Positions 23,249 to 36,852 are shown, counted from the first letter of the whole stretch. The stretch is DNA of 62,876 nt, filler included, from Chiloscyllium plagiosum (GCF_004010195.1; 3 parts of one record of this genome joined end to end with filler, not necessarily neighbours in it); one strand, 5' to 3'. Made by a program: numbers and translations. Notes: generated by a model not told the origin, from the sequence alone.

Positions 23249-24803
23249 TAAAAAGGCCTCTCAATGCCCTTTAACCTCTGTACCAAACCAATCTAATCAG
23301 AGCCCATCTAGTCCTCACCGGCCCACCCAAACAAATTCCCGTCCCTCCCTCCCTAATCCTGTAACTTTGCATTTCTAATGGCTAATTCATCTACCTGCAC
23401 ATCTTTGTGACTGTGGGAGGTTAATCTAATAGCCAAAAAAAGCTAAAATAAGTGAAGAGGGCATTCATTGGATTGCATAACTTTGTCACGATTTGTTAAA
23501 ACAACATTATCATAAATCCAATGATTGTACCTTCTCAATATCTGCTTCTTTAATTCAGTAAATATCCCATGAGACACTGGGACTCTGCATTTTAGTAGAC
23601 AGATTCATTGCTTCTACGTGCTATCCTGCTGATTATAATGAGCCTTTATTATTTCAAAAGCTGTAATTCTCTTCACATCGGATTTATTGAGGGCTCAGCT
23701 CTTGCTCCCATACAGCACAAGTTTCCATGTGAGTGATCTTCCAAATTGCTTGTCCAAGTGCAGGCTGATGTTGGACATCCTCCATACTTGGATGACAAGG
23801 CGTACAGCAGGCAAATGATAGCCTTGTCTTCATTTCAGCGTTGCTAACTCCATTTGTGGTCACTTTCTCTCCCAGAAACTGAAATCGATCTACTTTCAAC
23901 GTGGTTACAATTGAAACAGCAAAATATACTTACCTAAATTGCCATCAAGTCAGCTTTGCTGTTAATGCTCAATCCAGATTTCAGACTTGACCTTCTCAGT
24001 TATTCAGCTACCATGTTTAGTTATTTTTGCCATTTGGATTGTGTTATAAGTACATCAAATGTTCCAGATGTTGTGGTCATAAAAACTAGCCCCCAAGATC
24101 TTTTGGATGATTTCTCTTTTATCTTTTTTATGCCTGTGATACTTGTAAACAGTGCAAAGGCCTCTGAATTAGCCCGACACGCAGACCAAAAGCCTGAGCT
24201 GGTTTGGAGCACCACATCACTTTAATCTGGCCTATTCAAACAGGCAAATGGCGTGGTGCATGTCCTTGGAGATAAGAGAAAACTATACAATTCCAGCAAA
24301 GGAGTCAGCCAAGGCTATCTGCTTCCAGCATGATTTTCCCAGAGCTGAGCAACATACTCAACGGTAAGTAGCCAAGGCAATCATACCCTAATGAGATGCA
24401 AAGAGCTTATTGAACAGCTGCAGGAAATTAGTGGAGCCTTTAAATTAGTAAATGTGGGGAGTGAAGTAACGAAAGTAATCACTTTTAATGAGGTGCAAAG
24501 AGCTTATCTAACAGCTGGGTCTGCCCAGTATAGCTGGCTCCTTTATTACATTCGATGCAGCACCTATGCGATTAAGTACTATGGTGATGGGATATGGTGA
24601 GTTGTAATTGTCCATCTATGAATGGTTGGTGGCCCAAAGTCTGGGTAATGTCAGTGGAGAGGATTGGATGTGAATTTGAATCATACAGAGCATATTGTGA
24701 TAATGATCTGGTTGCAATATGATTGAAAGATATTGGCTGGACATTTGTTCCTCAAAGAGCATCTGAGGAAAAGGTGCCCTGTTTGACTTGAAGGGGGTGT
24801 GCG

Positions 24804-26070
24804 AACATAGAACATAGGACAGTACAACAAAGCACAGGCCCTTTGACCCTTCAGTGTTATGCTGCCCTCTTATCCTACTCTAAGATCAGACTAAGCTACA
24901 TACCCTTCATTGTACGATCTTCCATGTGCCTATCCAAGATCTATGGACATGGACCCCAAAATCACTCTGTTCCTCCACACTGCCAAGGATCCTGCCTTTA
25001 ATCCTGTATTCTGCATTCAACTTTAACCTTTCAAAGTGAATCACTACACTTTTTGAGGTTGAACTCCATCTGCCATTTCTCAGCCCAGCTCTGTATCCTG
25101 TCAATGTACCGTTGTAACCTACAACAGCACTCCAAAGCATCTACCACTTCACCAAACTTTGTGTCATCAGTAAACCTACTAACCTACTCTTCCACTTCCT
25201 CGTCCCAGTTATTTATAAAAATCACAAAGAGTAGAGGTCCCAGAAGAGATCTGTGCAGAACACCACTAGTCACCGAACTCCAGGCTAAATACTTTCCATT
25301 TACTATCACCCTCTGTCTTCTATGGGCCCGACAATTCTGTATCCAGACAGACAGATTTCCCTGTATCCCATACCTACCTACTGTCTGAATGAGCCTACCA
25401 TGAGGATCCTTATCAAGCACCTTGCTAATATCCATGTACACCACATCCACGGCTCTACCTTCATTATTGTGTTTTGTCACATCCTCAAGGGATTCAATAA
25501 GGTTTGTGAGGCATAGCCCACCCTCACAAAGCCATGCTGACTATCTATAATCAAACTATGGTTTTCCAAGTAATCATAAATTCTGTCTCAGACTCCTCTC
25601 CAATACTTTGCCCACCACAGACATGAGACTGACTGGTTTGTAATTCCCAGGATTATCCTTAGTCCCTTTCTTGAACAAGAGAATAATATTTACTATCCTC
25701 CAATCATCTGGCACTACTCCAGTAGTCAGCAAGGATGCAAAAATCATTGCCAAAGGCACAGCAATATCTTCCCTCACTTCCTGTAGTAACCTAGGGTATT
25801 TCCCGTCTGGCCCAAATGATTTATCTCTCATTAAGATTTTCAAAGTTTTCAGCACATCCTCCTACTTAACATCAACCTTTACAAACATATCAGTCTGTTT
25901 CATACTGTCCTCACAAATGTCAAAGTCCCTTTCAACAGTGAATACTGAAGCAAAGTATTCATTAAGGACCTCCCCTACTTCCTCCAACTCCAGGCACAAG
26001 TTCCCTCCACTACCCCTAATCGGCCCTACACTCACTCTGACCATCCTCTTGTTCCTCACATAAGTGTAGA
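24804..26070 (-). mobile_element. CR1 LINE with internal deletion
   Basis: Minus-strand AVDVVYMDISKVLDKDPHGRL, LLGPLLFVIFINNWD and KSFGPDGKYPRLL; CTATGTT tail repeats. Confidence 0.92.
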
Positions 26071-27859
26071 AACCTGAATAAAGTGGCTGCAGGGAATGCC
26101 AAGTTGCAAATTGGACTGTTTTAAGGCCAACCTTAGTATTCTCGCACAAGTTCCCTTTGTTTTGTTCAATATTGTTTCCCTTCATCTTCAACCTCCTATT
26201 CCATCAACTGTCTCATTCCCATGCCTTGGTGCTTTCACAAGATTCTCCAAATGTGGTGAGAAAACTAGGTCTGTGCCCAACCCAAACTTAAATGACCAGT
26301 ATTGACCTGCCAATCACTCAAGATAAGCTCTGCTGGACTGAATGTGTCATAATTTGCATGACTAACACCAGAATCCCTAGCTATTTGCTCTACTTGGTTA
26401 TAACTGGAGTTTCTCAGGGGGAACGGCAAAAGTATTTCAGAGATGTTCATAAAACAGCCCTGGAGATATAAAGCACCCCAGCCAACTCCTGAGATATACT
26501 GGCTTGTGACTAATCAAAATGGAGAATGCTCAATATATTGAGAGAAATGAAACTATTGCAAGACTTCATGAGAAGACAGAGGATGAAGTGAGGCATCAGA
26601 GGGACTGCCTCAGAAGAGAAGTGTGTCTGTAGGATCTGGTAATGAGCATTCATTGTAAAACAGAATTAATGAAATTCCAGGGCCAGGTAAAGAGGGAATT
26701 CAGCACCAAATTCCTTACAGCACAGCTGGTACACATTTCTCCCTCCAACTTGAAATGCCACAATTTGCATTCCAGTAAGATCTGGTATTTTTTATTACAC
26801 CCTTTATAGCATTGATAAGGAATACTGGTGGCACTTGGAAGAGAACGTTCCAAGGTTACGTCAGAACGTCCATTCAGCTGATCACTGGCGAGGCCCAATG
26901 GGACATGGGCTTTCGAAGGGCTTAAGAAGATGTCAGGAAAGCTGTAAAGGAAGATAAATTGATCTCAAGAAAATTGACATAGGAACATAAGAAAGAGCAG
27001 GGATAGGTCATTCAGCCCCTCAGGTCTGTCCTGCCATTCTGTACGATCATGCCTGATCTGCCTGTAGGGTATTTCTGATCATGTGAGGGTCAGTCAGGCT
27101 TGCTGGTCTCATCCATACTCACTTGTTTATAGTCAAAGGTCTGGGCTGACCTTCACGAATCATAATGAAAGATGATGAAGAATGCAATCATCTCACATTT
27201 TGAATTTTGAATTATGAGTATGTTTAATATTTATAAAGTAAATCTCAATGCGGGACAATCATTGCTAAACTAAACTGATAAATCATAACATACCATGGAT
27301 TACTTCCCATTGGATGTCATTAAACTCGCATAGTTACCTATGATTTGGTCTGGACTTGAATGGCAACTTTCTACACAGTGGTAGGTTGAATATTCTGCAA
27401 GCTATGGATGAAAGATTAAACCTGTGGGATGTTGGCTGCTGAGTTGTGTGTTCTCTTTGTTAAAGTTCTTGAATCCAGACCTGTTCCTTGGATCGTACGA
27501 CTTCCTTCAGTCATGACTGTAGAGATAGACAGAGAGAGAGAAGTAGTGCTCTGGTGTACCGATCTTTTAGAATTGTGTTCCCTTTATTTATTCCTTCTTT
27601 TCCCTGCAGTTTGAAGCCTTTCCTTTCTGAGGTTATCTCAGTTGTATGGCTTTCTGATGGATCTACTGTGATTGCAAAAAGATACAAAAATTGTCCTGTT
27701 TTGTTCCCTGAACAGAAAGCTTTGATTGAATGCTTATTTTTTCCCATCTCTCGTCTAGCTGGTAATGGGGAACAATGAGAACTCCTAATCTTGAATCCTA
27801 TGCAGTAGTTTAAGTGCCTTTGGATGGGCTCAGTTATCTCCTTGATTCTACTTTCAAAA

Positions 27860-29820
27860 GCTGATTTGGGGGCAGATGTTGACAGATAAAGGGATGGGTG
27901 GAAAATGGGAAGCATTTAGAAATGAGAGAAGGAGAGTCCAGAGACAGTATGTTCCTGTTAAGGTGAAAGGAAAGACTGGTAGATTGAATGACTAGGGAAA
28001 TTGAGGATTTGGCTCAGAAAAAGAAGGAAACATTTGTCAGGTATAGACAGGATAGATCGAGTGAATCCCCAGAAGAGTATAAAGGCAGTAGGTGTATGCT
28101 TAAGAGGGAAATCAGGAGAGCAAAAAGGGGCCATGGAATACCTTTGGCAAGGAGAATCCAAAGGGTTCTTGCAAATACACTAAGGACAAAAAGGTAACGA
28201 GGGAGAAAATAGGGTCCCTCAAAGATCAGCAAGGCAGCCTTTCTGTGAAACTGCAGGAGATGGGGGAGTTACTAAATGAATATTTTGCATCAGTGTTTAC
28301 CATGGAGAAGGACATGGAAGATTTGGAGTATCAGGAAATAGATAGTGACATCTTGAAAAATGTCCATATTGCAGAGGAGGAAGTGTTGGATGTCTTGAAA
28401 TGCATAAAGGTGGATAAATCCCCAGGGTGATCAGGTGTACCCTTGAACTCTGTGGGAAGCTAGCGAAATGATTGCCGGGCTGCTTGCTGAGATATTTGTA
28501 TCATCGATAGTCACAGGTGAGGTGCTGGATGACTGGAGGTTGGCTAACATGATGCCACTATGGAAGAAAGGTGGGAAGGACGCCAGGGAACAATAGACCA
28601 GTGAGTCTGACAACGGTGGTGGACAAGTTGTTGGAGGGAATCTGATGGATAGGATGTACATGTATTTGGAAAGGCAAGGACTGATTAGAAATAGTCAACA
28701 TGGCTTTGTGCATGGGAAATCATGTTTCACAAAATTGATTGAGTTCTTTGAGGAAGTAACAAAGAGGGCAGAGTGGTAGATATGATCTATATGGACTTTA
28801 GTGAAGTGTTCGACAAGGTTCCCCATGGGAGACTGGTTAGCAAGGTTAGATCTCATGGAATATAGGGAAAACTAGCCATTTGGATACAGAACTGGCTTGA
28901 AGGTAGAAGACAGAGGGTGGTGGTGGAGGTTGCTTTTCCGACTGGAGGCCTGTGACCAGTGGAGTGCCACAAGGATCGGTGCTGGGTCCACTAGTTTTTG
29001 TCATTTATATAAATGATTTGAATAAGAGCATAAGAGGTATATTTGTAAGTTTGCAGATAACAGCAAAACTGGAGGTGTAGTAGACAGCAAAGAAGGTTAT
29101 CTAAGGTTACAATGGGATCTTGATGAAATGGGCCCATGGGCCGAGGAGTGACAGATGGAGTTTAATTCAGATAAATGCGAGGTGCTACATTTTGAGAAAG
29201 CAAATCAGCGCAGGACTTATTCACTTAATGGGAAGGTCCTAGGGAGTGTTGCTGAACAAAGAGACCTTGGAGTGCAGGTTCATAGCTCCTTGAAAGTAGT
29301 GTCACAGGTAGATAGGATAGTGAAGAAGGCATCTGGTATGCTTTCCCTAATTGGTCAGAGTATTGAGTATAGGAGTTGGGAGGTCATGTTGTGGCTGTAG
29401 AGGGCATTGGTTAGACCACTTTTGGAATATTGAGTGCAATTCTGATCTCCATCTTATTGGAAGGATGTTGTGAAACCTGAAAGTGTTCAGAAAAGATTTA
29501 CAAGAATGTTGCCCAGGATGGAAGATTTGAGTATTAAAGAGAGAATGAATAGGCTGGGGCAGTTTTCCCTGGAGCGTAGGAGGCTAAGGGGTGATCTTAT
29601 AGAGGTTTACAAAATCATGAGGGGCATGGATAGGATCAATAGACAAAGTCTTTTCCCTGGGGTAGGGAGTCCAGAATTACAGGATATAGGTTTAGGGTGA
29701 GAGGGGAAAGATATAAAAGAGACCTAAGGGGCAACGTTTTCATGCAGAGGGTCATACATGAATGGAATAAGCTGCCAGGTGAAGTGGTGGAAGCTAGCAA
29801 ATCTGCAACATTGAAAAGGC
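27860..29820 (+). mobile_element. CR1 (HER1-like) LINE ORF2, disrupted
   Basis: Collinear with 49715-51555; [11 protein letters not shown] motif; many stops and frameshifts. Confidence 0.93.
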
Positions 29821-30292
29821 ACAAGCCTTGGCCAGACTCTTGCATCCACATAAAACATCAAACAATGCAGCTCTCCTCCATCAGTGCTGTTCAGAAATGC
29901 CAGTCAGCTCAGGGTCTGGGCCTTCCAGTCTCCAAGACTAATGAAGTACTGATCAATCCACATGCATTCTTTTTGAGAAGAAGAAGTAGGGGGTCTTGTT
30001 GAAACCTATAAAATCCTAAATCTTGACATGGTAAATGCAGGAAAAATGTTCCAAATGACTGGAGAGCTCAGAACAAGGACTCACAATGTAAATATATGAG
30101 GAAGGCCATTTAGGACTGAGACAATGAGATTTTTATTCAGCCAGAGTGTGGTGAACCTGTGAAGTTCTCTGCCTTGGAAGGTGTTTGCGGTCAAAACATT
30201 GAATGTTTTCAAAAAGGAGTGAGATATAGTTCTTTGGGCTGAAACGATCAAAGAGGATAGGGTGAAAACAGGAGCAAACACTAAGTTAGAAG

Positions 30293-30848
30293 CTGTGGTT
30301 CTGTTCGCTGAGCTGGAAGTTTTTGTTGCAAACGTTTCGTCCCCTGGCTAGGCGACATCATCAGTGCTTGGGAGCCTCCTGCAAAGCGCTTCTTTGATGT
30401 TTCCTCCGGTGTTTATAGTGGTCTGTCCCTGCCGCTTCCGGTTGTCAGTTTCAGCTGTCCGTTGTAGTGGTTGATATATTGGGTCCAGGTCGATGTGTTT
30501 GTTGATGGAGTTTGTGGATGAATGCCATGCCTCTAGGAATTCCCTGGCTGTTCTCTGTCTGGCTTGCTCTATGATAGTAGTGTTGTCCCAGTCGAATTCA
30601 TGTTGCTTGTTGTCTGTGTGTGTGGCTACTAAGGATAGCTGGTCGTGTCATTTCGTGGCTAGTTGATGTTCATGTATGCGGATTGTTAGCTGTCTTCCTG
30701 TTTGTCCTATATAGTGTTTAGTGCAGTCCTTGCATGGTATTTTGTACACTACATTCGTCTTGCTCATGTTGGGTATCGGGTCCTTCGTTCTGGTGAGTTG
30801 TTGTCTGAGCGTGGCTGTTGGTTTGTGTGCTGTTATGAGTCCTAGGGG
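30293..30848 (-). mobile_element. Penelope-like retroelement 3' end encoding a GIY-YIG endonuclease, with pLTR
   Basis: Minus strand reads PLGLITAHKPTATLRQQLTRTKDPIPNMSKTNVVYKIPCKDCTKHYIGQTGRQLTIRIHEHQLATK*HDQLSLVATH..HEFDWDN..AREFLEAWHS, with one stop. TSD CTAAGTTAGAAG at 30281-30292 and 30862-30873. Confidence 0.93.
30328..30367 (-). ncRNA. Minimal type I hammerhead ribozyme motif
   Basis: Minus strand GCA-CTGATGA-T-GTC-G-CCT-AGCC-AGG-G-GAC-GAAAC-GTT-TGC: stem I GCA/TGC, canonical CUGAUGA, stem II, GAAAC, GUU triplet. Confidence 0.8.
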
Positions 30849-31625
30849 TAAGTTAGAAGTCCTAAGTTAGAAGATCATTCATGGTCATATTGAATGCCAG
30901 AGCAAACTTGAAGGGCTGAAACGACCTAGTCTTGCTTCTATTTTCTATCTTTCAAGTGCAAATTTGCCTCATTACATTTTCTCCCCCTTTGGAAAACCTA
31001 ATTTTGGGCATATGATTTTTAATCCTTATTGACACAATCATACCTACAAATGTATATTTGTTACACTCAACATCATACCCTAAACTTATTCATGGTTAAC
31101 ATTGAGGAAGCAAATAGCGCAGTTCAAATCTGCTTTGATGAATAATAAATCATAAAATTCACAGGACCACAAGTTAAATATATGGTAAACAAACAAATTG
31201 CAGCCAGCTTAGGGAGCCCTGGCATAGAATTATTTGCCAATCATTTAGCCTATTGTTGGTTCCATATTTTACACTTTAAAGGCATTCATTGTCCCTAAAG
31301 ACATTACATTTTGCCCATACACGTGGCCCTAAAATGGAATTATACACAGCTGTAAATTTCTATGCAGCTATATTATTCTGTCTTCCTTCAATTTAGAAAC
31401 CTTGATCTCTCCTTTCAAAATACTGACATAAAGCTTTTGACATACAAATTGTTTTGTTTATGATTGTGACTAGCATTTCCAATAAAGGCATAAATATTTT
31501 TCACACAAAAAAAATCACTTGTCACATTTGCTTCCAAAATGGTTGCAAATTTATATTCTGATTCACACTCCAGTCAGGCAGTTTGTTGCTGTTGAATATG
31601 ATGCTGTCAGCTTTGTTTCTGACTA

Positions 31626-33240
31626 CATAAGACCATAAGACATAGGAGCGGAAGTAAGGCCATTCGGCCCATCGGGTCCACTCCGCCATTCAATCATGGC
31701 TGATGGGCATTTCAACTCCACTTACCCGCATTCTCCCCGTAGCCCTTAATTCCTTGTGACATCAAGAATTTATCAATCTCTGCCTTGAAGACATTTAGCG
31801 TCCCAGCCTCCACTGCACTCCGCAGCAATGAATTCTACAGGCCCACCACTCTCTGGCTGAAGAAGTATCTCCGCATTTCTGTTCTGAATTTACCCCCTCT
31901 AATTCTAAGGCTGTGTCCACGGGTCCTATCTCCTCGCCTAACGGAAACAATTTCTGAGCGTCCACCCTCTCCAAGCCATGTATTATCTTGTAAGTTTCTA
32001 TTAGATCGCCCCTTAATCTTCTAAACTCCAATGAATACAATCCCAGGATCCTCAGCCGTTCCTCATATGTTAGACCTACCATTCCAGGGATCATCCGTGT
32101 GAATCTCCGCTGGACACGCTCCAGTGCCAGTATGTCCTTCCTGAGGNNNNNNNNNNNNNNNNNNNNNNNNNNNNNNNNNNNNNNNNNNNNNNNNNNNNNN
32201 NNNNNNNNNNNNNNNNNNNNNNNNNNNNNNNNNNNNNNNNNNNNNNNNNNNNNNNNNNNNNNNNNNNNNNNNNNNNNNNNNNNNNNNNNNNNNNNNNNNN
32301 NNNNNNNNNNNNNNNNNNNNNNNNNNNNNNNNNNNNNNNNNNNNNNNNNNNNNNNNNNNNNNNNNNNNNNNNNNNNNNNNNNNNNNNNNNNNNNNNNNNN
32401 NNNNNNNNNNNNNNNNNNNNNNNNNNNNNNNNNNNNNNNNNNNNNNNNNNNNNNNNNNNNNNNNNNNNNNNNNNNNNNNNNNNNNNNNNNNNNNNNNNNN
32501 NNNNNNNNNNNNNNNNNNNNNNNNNNNNNNNNNNNNNNNNNNNNNNNNNNNNNNNNNNNNNNNNNNNNNNNNNNNNNNNNNNNNNNNNNNNNNNNNNNNN
32601 NNNNNNNNNNNNNNNNNNNNNNNNNNNNNNNNNNNNNNNNNNNNNNNNNNNNNNNNNNNNNNNNNNNNNNNNNNNNNNNNNNNNNNNNNNNNNNNNNNNN
32701 NNNNNNNNNNNNNNNNNNNNNNNNNNNNNNNNNNNNNNNNNNNNNNNNNNNNNNNNNNNNNNNNNNNNNNNNNNNNNNNNNNNNNNNNNNNNNNNNNNNN
32801 NNNNNNNNNNNNNNNNNNNNNNNNNNNNNNNNNNNNNNNNNNNNNNNNNNNNNNNNNNNNNNNNNNNNNNNNNNNNNNNNNNNNNNNNNNNNNNNNNNNN
32901 NNNNNNNNNNNNNNNNNNNNNNNNNNNNNNNNNNNNNNNNNNNNNNNNNNNNNNNNNNNNNNNNNNNNNNNNNNNNNNNNNNNNNNNNNNCATCTAACTT
33001 TGTATCATCGGCAAACTTCGCTAGAATGCCCCAGTCCCTTCATCCAGATCATTAATATATAATGTGAACAGCTGCGGCCCCAACACTGAACCTTGCGGGA
33101 CACCGCTTGTCACCGGCTGCCATTCCGAAAAAGAACCTTTTATCCCAACTCTCTGCCTTCTGTCAGACAGCCAATCCTCAATCCATACCAGTAGCTCACC
33201 TCGAACACCATGGGCCCTCACCTTGCTCAGCAGCCTCCCA
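31626..33240 (-). mobile_element. CR1 LINE (well-preserved subfamily, gapped)
   Basis: [26 protein letters not shown] and RRLRGDLIETYKI; tail CTATGTCTTATGGTCTTATG. Confidence 0.93.
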
Positions 33241-33754
33241 TATATGCAAGACAGTTAACAATTTCAGCCTGAAGTTTCATATAGAAAAAATATATTTTTT
33301 AAATGTTTCAGTAAGAACTAATGCAGGATTAAGTTTAAAAGTTAAAAGCAAAAGGTACTGAAAATCTTCAGCAGATCAGATAGGTTTAGGGAGAGAACTT
33401 GAGTTAGAAGGATGAATTTTCCCAATACATAGTGAAAGGTAGATGACAGTAAATTTCATGAAGGATTTCCATGAGGTCTGTTGACTTTTCTGACGTAATT
33501 CTTCCCTCATTAAGTTTACAGGGTGTAAATCCCACACAATCCTCAATAAGAGATGAAGAAATGCCCACTGATGATGGGACCTTGCAGTGTTTATGCTCTG
33601 AAGCCTTATTCAAACCTGACAGAGTCACCATTTCAAACATCCTTAATGTGCTGCTAAGTAATTCTAATTGATCTAGCTATATGAGAGAGGTAAGCTGGCA
33701 ACCCCTTTCGTAAACAGGGACTTGGAGTTTCTAGTGAATGGGATGGTAATTTGC

Positions 33755-33950
33755 TTTGATTTGATTTGACTTACTCTTGTCACATGTACCAAGATACAAT
33801 GAAAAGTATTGTGCACTGTCCAGACAAATCACACCTTGCATCAGTGTATCAGGGTAATAGAACAGAATGCAGAATATAATGAAACAGCTACACAGAAAGT
33901 GCAGGTTTAAAAGTGCAGAGAAATATCAACTCTAGTATATGATGGGCCAT
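33755..33950 (-). mobile_element. Rex1/Babar-like 3' tail fragment
   Basis: TTTGATTTGATTTG..TTGTCACATGTACCAAGATACAATGAAAAG resembles the tail of the Rex1 element at 40456. Confidence 0.55.
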
Positions 33951-33959
33951 CTCTCTCCT

Positions 33960-34090
33960 TAGGAACACCAGAGGAGACCTTAGAGTCAGATGCTAACAGC
34001 CAAGTCTGAAGTAACCAGTGTGGTGTTGATAGTCTGGAGGAACTTCACAATGCTACCAGAAGGTTAATAACCTTTTGTTCTCTGTAAGAA
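33960..34090 (+). mobile_element. Possible Harbinger-associated Myb/SANT gene relic
   Basis: QCYQKVNNLLFS followed by GTAAG resembles the QCRKKVNDLL end of SANT/MADF domains. Weak evidence. Confidence 0.3.
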
Positions 34091-34566
34091 TAAGTGCCAC
34101 ATCTCTCTGCCAACTCACACTCTAATTGCAGCCACTTCCCTCCAAGGCTCATGATTTATTGCTTCACTATTCCATGCAACATCCTCCCTTCATCCACTCC
34201 ACCCCTCCATTTGTCCTCCCTCTTCCACTTCCTACTTTCCAATTTGGGACACTTCACCACCTAAATTGGAGGACCAGCCCCTGACTGAACATAACCTCCT
34301 CCTTTCACTGGACTGAAGACATGGGCATTTCGTTGAAGTACATGTCATGTTTGCTGCAGGCAGATATGATAGATCTGACATTAATTTGGTATGATACTGT
34401 ATGCCAACTTGTCTGCTCCTTGACTGCCCAATGCTGGCACGTTCCAATGTGCAATAATGAATTGATGAACTGCATTGTAGGTTAGTCTGAGATGCTCCAC
34501 AATGATTTGAGAAGGTTGGTGATTTCCTGGCGCTGACCTCCATGGGTGGAAGGTGCAGGGGAGGTC

Positions 34567-35306
34567 AGAGAGTCATAGAGATGTACAGTATGGAAACAGA
34601 CCCTTCGGTCCAAACGGTCCATGCCAACCAGATATCCTAACCCAATTTAGTCCCACCTGCCAGCACCTGGCCCATATCCATCCAAACCCTTCCTATTCAT
34701 ATACCCATCCAAATGCCTCTTAAATGTTGCAATTGTACCAGCCTCCACCACTTCTGCTGGCAGCTCATTCCATACACGCAGCACCTCTGTGTGAAAAAGT
34801 TGCCCCTTAGGTCTCTTTTATATCTTTCCCCTCTCACCCTAAACCCATGCCCTCTAGTTCTGGACACCCTCACCCCAGGGAAAAGACTTCGTCTATTTAT
34901 CCTATCCATGCCCCTCATCATTTTGTAAACCTCTATAAAGTCATTCTTCAGCCTCCGACACTCCAGGGAAAACAGCCCCAGCCTGTTCAGCCTCTCCCTA
35001 TAGCTCAAATCCTCCAACCCTGGCAACATCCTTATAGATCTTTTCTGATCCCTTTCAAGTTTCACAACATTTTTCCGATACTAAGGAGACCAGAACTGCA
35101 TGCAATATTCCAACAGTGGCCTAACCAATGTCCTGTACGGCCGCAACATGACCTCTCAACTCCTGTACTCAATACTCTGACCAATAAAGGAAAGCATACC
35201 AAACGCCTTCTTCACTATTCTATCTACCTGCGACTCCACTTTCAAGGAGCTATGAACCTGCACTCCAAGGTTTCTTTGTTCAGCAACACTCCCTAGAACC
35301 TTACCA
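34567..35306 (-). mobile_element. CR1 (HER1-like) LINE 3' end
   Basis: Minus-strand RMLPGLEDLSYRERLNRLGLFSLE..RTRGHGFRVRGERYKRDLRGNFFTQR; CTCTATGACTCT tail. Confidence 0.93.
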
Positions 35307-35645
35307 GGTGATGGCTTAGCTGCATTATCACTGGACTAGTCATCCAGAAACCTGGGCAATATTCTTGGGAGTGAGATTCAAATCTTGCCAAGACAGCTGG
35401 AGCAATTTGAATTCAATAAAAACCTGACTAATGTTGATCGTGACACTGTTGTTAATTGTTGAAAACTTCCTCTGGTTCACTAAGGTTCTTTCGAGAAGTT
35501 CAAGAAGTTCACTAATGTTCTTTCTGGAGTCCTACATGTGACTCCAGACCCATAGCAATGTGGTTGAGTCTTAAGTGGCCACATTAGGGATGGGCAATAA
35601 ATGCTGGCCTAGTCAATGACAACCATGTCCTATGAATGAATATTA
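35307..35645 (+). mobile_element. tRNA-derived SINE, second family
   Basis: Head GATGGCTTAGCTGCATTATCACTGGACT, GATTCAAATC B-box-like motif, tail TTAGGGATGGGCAATAAATGCTGGCCTAG..TGAATGAAT. Confidence 0.75.
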
Positions 35646-36290
35646 AAGGACGATTTTCCCATGGAGTGGGGCTTGAGTTGTTGGGGAATACTGGCCAGTA
35701 TTAGGGAGGGGCCAGAGGTTACTGCTCGAACCTTTAATTGGAAAAGTGATACTGTCTAGCTCCTCACTGGGATCTAGGAGAGGGATGACTTACATGTAAA
35801 TAAGGGGAAATTAAATGGTTATTCAATGTTAATTTCCAACAATTGCTTTTCCAACAATTCCTGGTTTTGTTTGTGTTTGAGGTTCTTATTAAAATCGTCA
35901 GGGAAAAATTTGACTTATTTTTCCCGACATCGAGAAACTCAGTTTCTCATTCTCGCCGTATTCTCCTAAGGTCGTAATTTGAAATGTCTGCTCACAGTTT
36001 CAGGTTGAGTGACCTTTTATCGAACTGGGAGAAAGAAAGAAAGAAAAGTGAGAGGAAGCTACGCAAAGACCAAAAGTGAAAGTCTGCGACAGGTCGGAGG
36101 GCAGGAGATATTGAATAATCCTGCATGATTTCAGGATAAAGTTTCTAGCAATTGTTGCCCCCCTGCTCTGCCAAAATATGCAGGAGATAGACTATGAGCT
36201 TTCTATGAGCTGAATGCTAAACCATATCTCGATGTCAACCAGCTCCATCTCTCTGTTTCCCATATCAAACAGTGCTTTTTCTTGGTGTTA

Positions 36291-36852
36291 TAGAGTCATA
36301 GAGGCATAGGGATGTACACCACAGAAACAGATCCTTCAGTGTGGACCAAATATCCTAAATTGATCTCGTTGGTTTGCCAGAATTTAGCGTATATCCTTCT
36401 AAACTCTCCCTATTCAAGTCCCCTTCCAGTTGCCTTTTAAATGTCACTATTGTGTCAACCTCCACTACATCTTCTGGCTCATTCCATACATGCTCCACAC
36501 CCTATGTGATACAGTTGCCCCTTAGATCCCTTTTAAATCTTTTCCCTCTCACCTTAAACCTATGCCATCTAGTTTTGGACTCCCCCAACCTGGGAAAAAT
36601 CTTGGCTATTCACCCTATTCATGCGCCACATGATATTATAAACCTTTATAAGGTCACGCCTCAGCCTCCGAAACTCCAGGGGAAATAGCCCAGCCTATTC
36701 AGCCTCTCCCTATAGCTCAAACCTTCCAAAGCTGGCAGCATCCTTGTAGATCATTTCTGCATCCTTTCAAATTTCACAACATCTTTCAGATAGCAAGGAG
36801 ACCAGATTTGCACACAGTATTCCAAAAGTGGTCTAACCAATGTCCTGTACAG
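36291..36852 (-). mobile_element. CR1 LINE 3' fragment
   Basis: Collinear with the 34567-35306 copy. Confidence 0.9.

Larger units (their letters stand above)
29975..30950 (+). mobile_element. CR1 3' fragment interrupted by a Penelope element
   Basis: Encodes RSRGSC/ETYKIL...FRTE..RFLFSQSVVNL. The tail resumes after 30873 (AACTTGAAGGGCTGAAACGACCTAGTCTTGCTTCTATTTTCTAT). Confidence 0.75.

Noticed and set aside
23925..24240. Strong minus-strand splice donor (AG/GTAAGTAT at 23934)
   Set aside because: All three upstream frames contain stops and I found no supporting partner exon.
26810..26945. Possible plus-strand exon (IDKEYWWHLEENVPRL...); similar candidate at 33522-33689
   Set aside because: Weak donor or in-frame stop, no recognisable homology and no consistent gene model.
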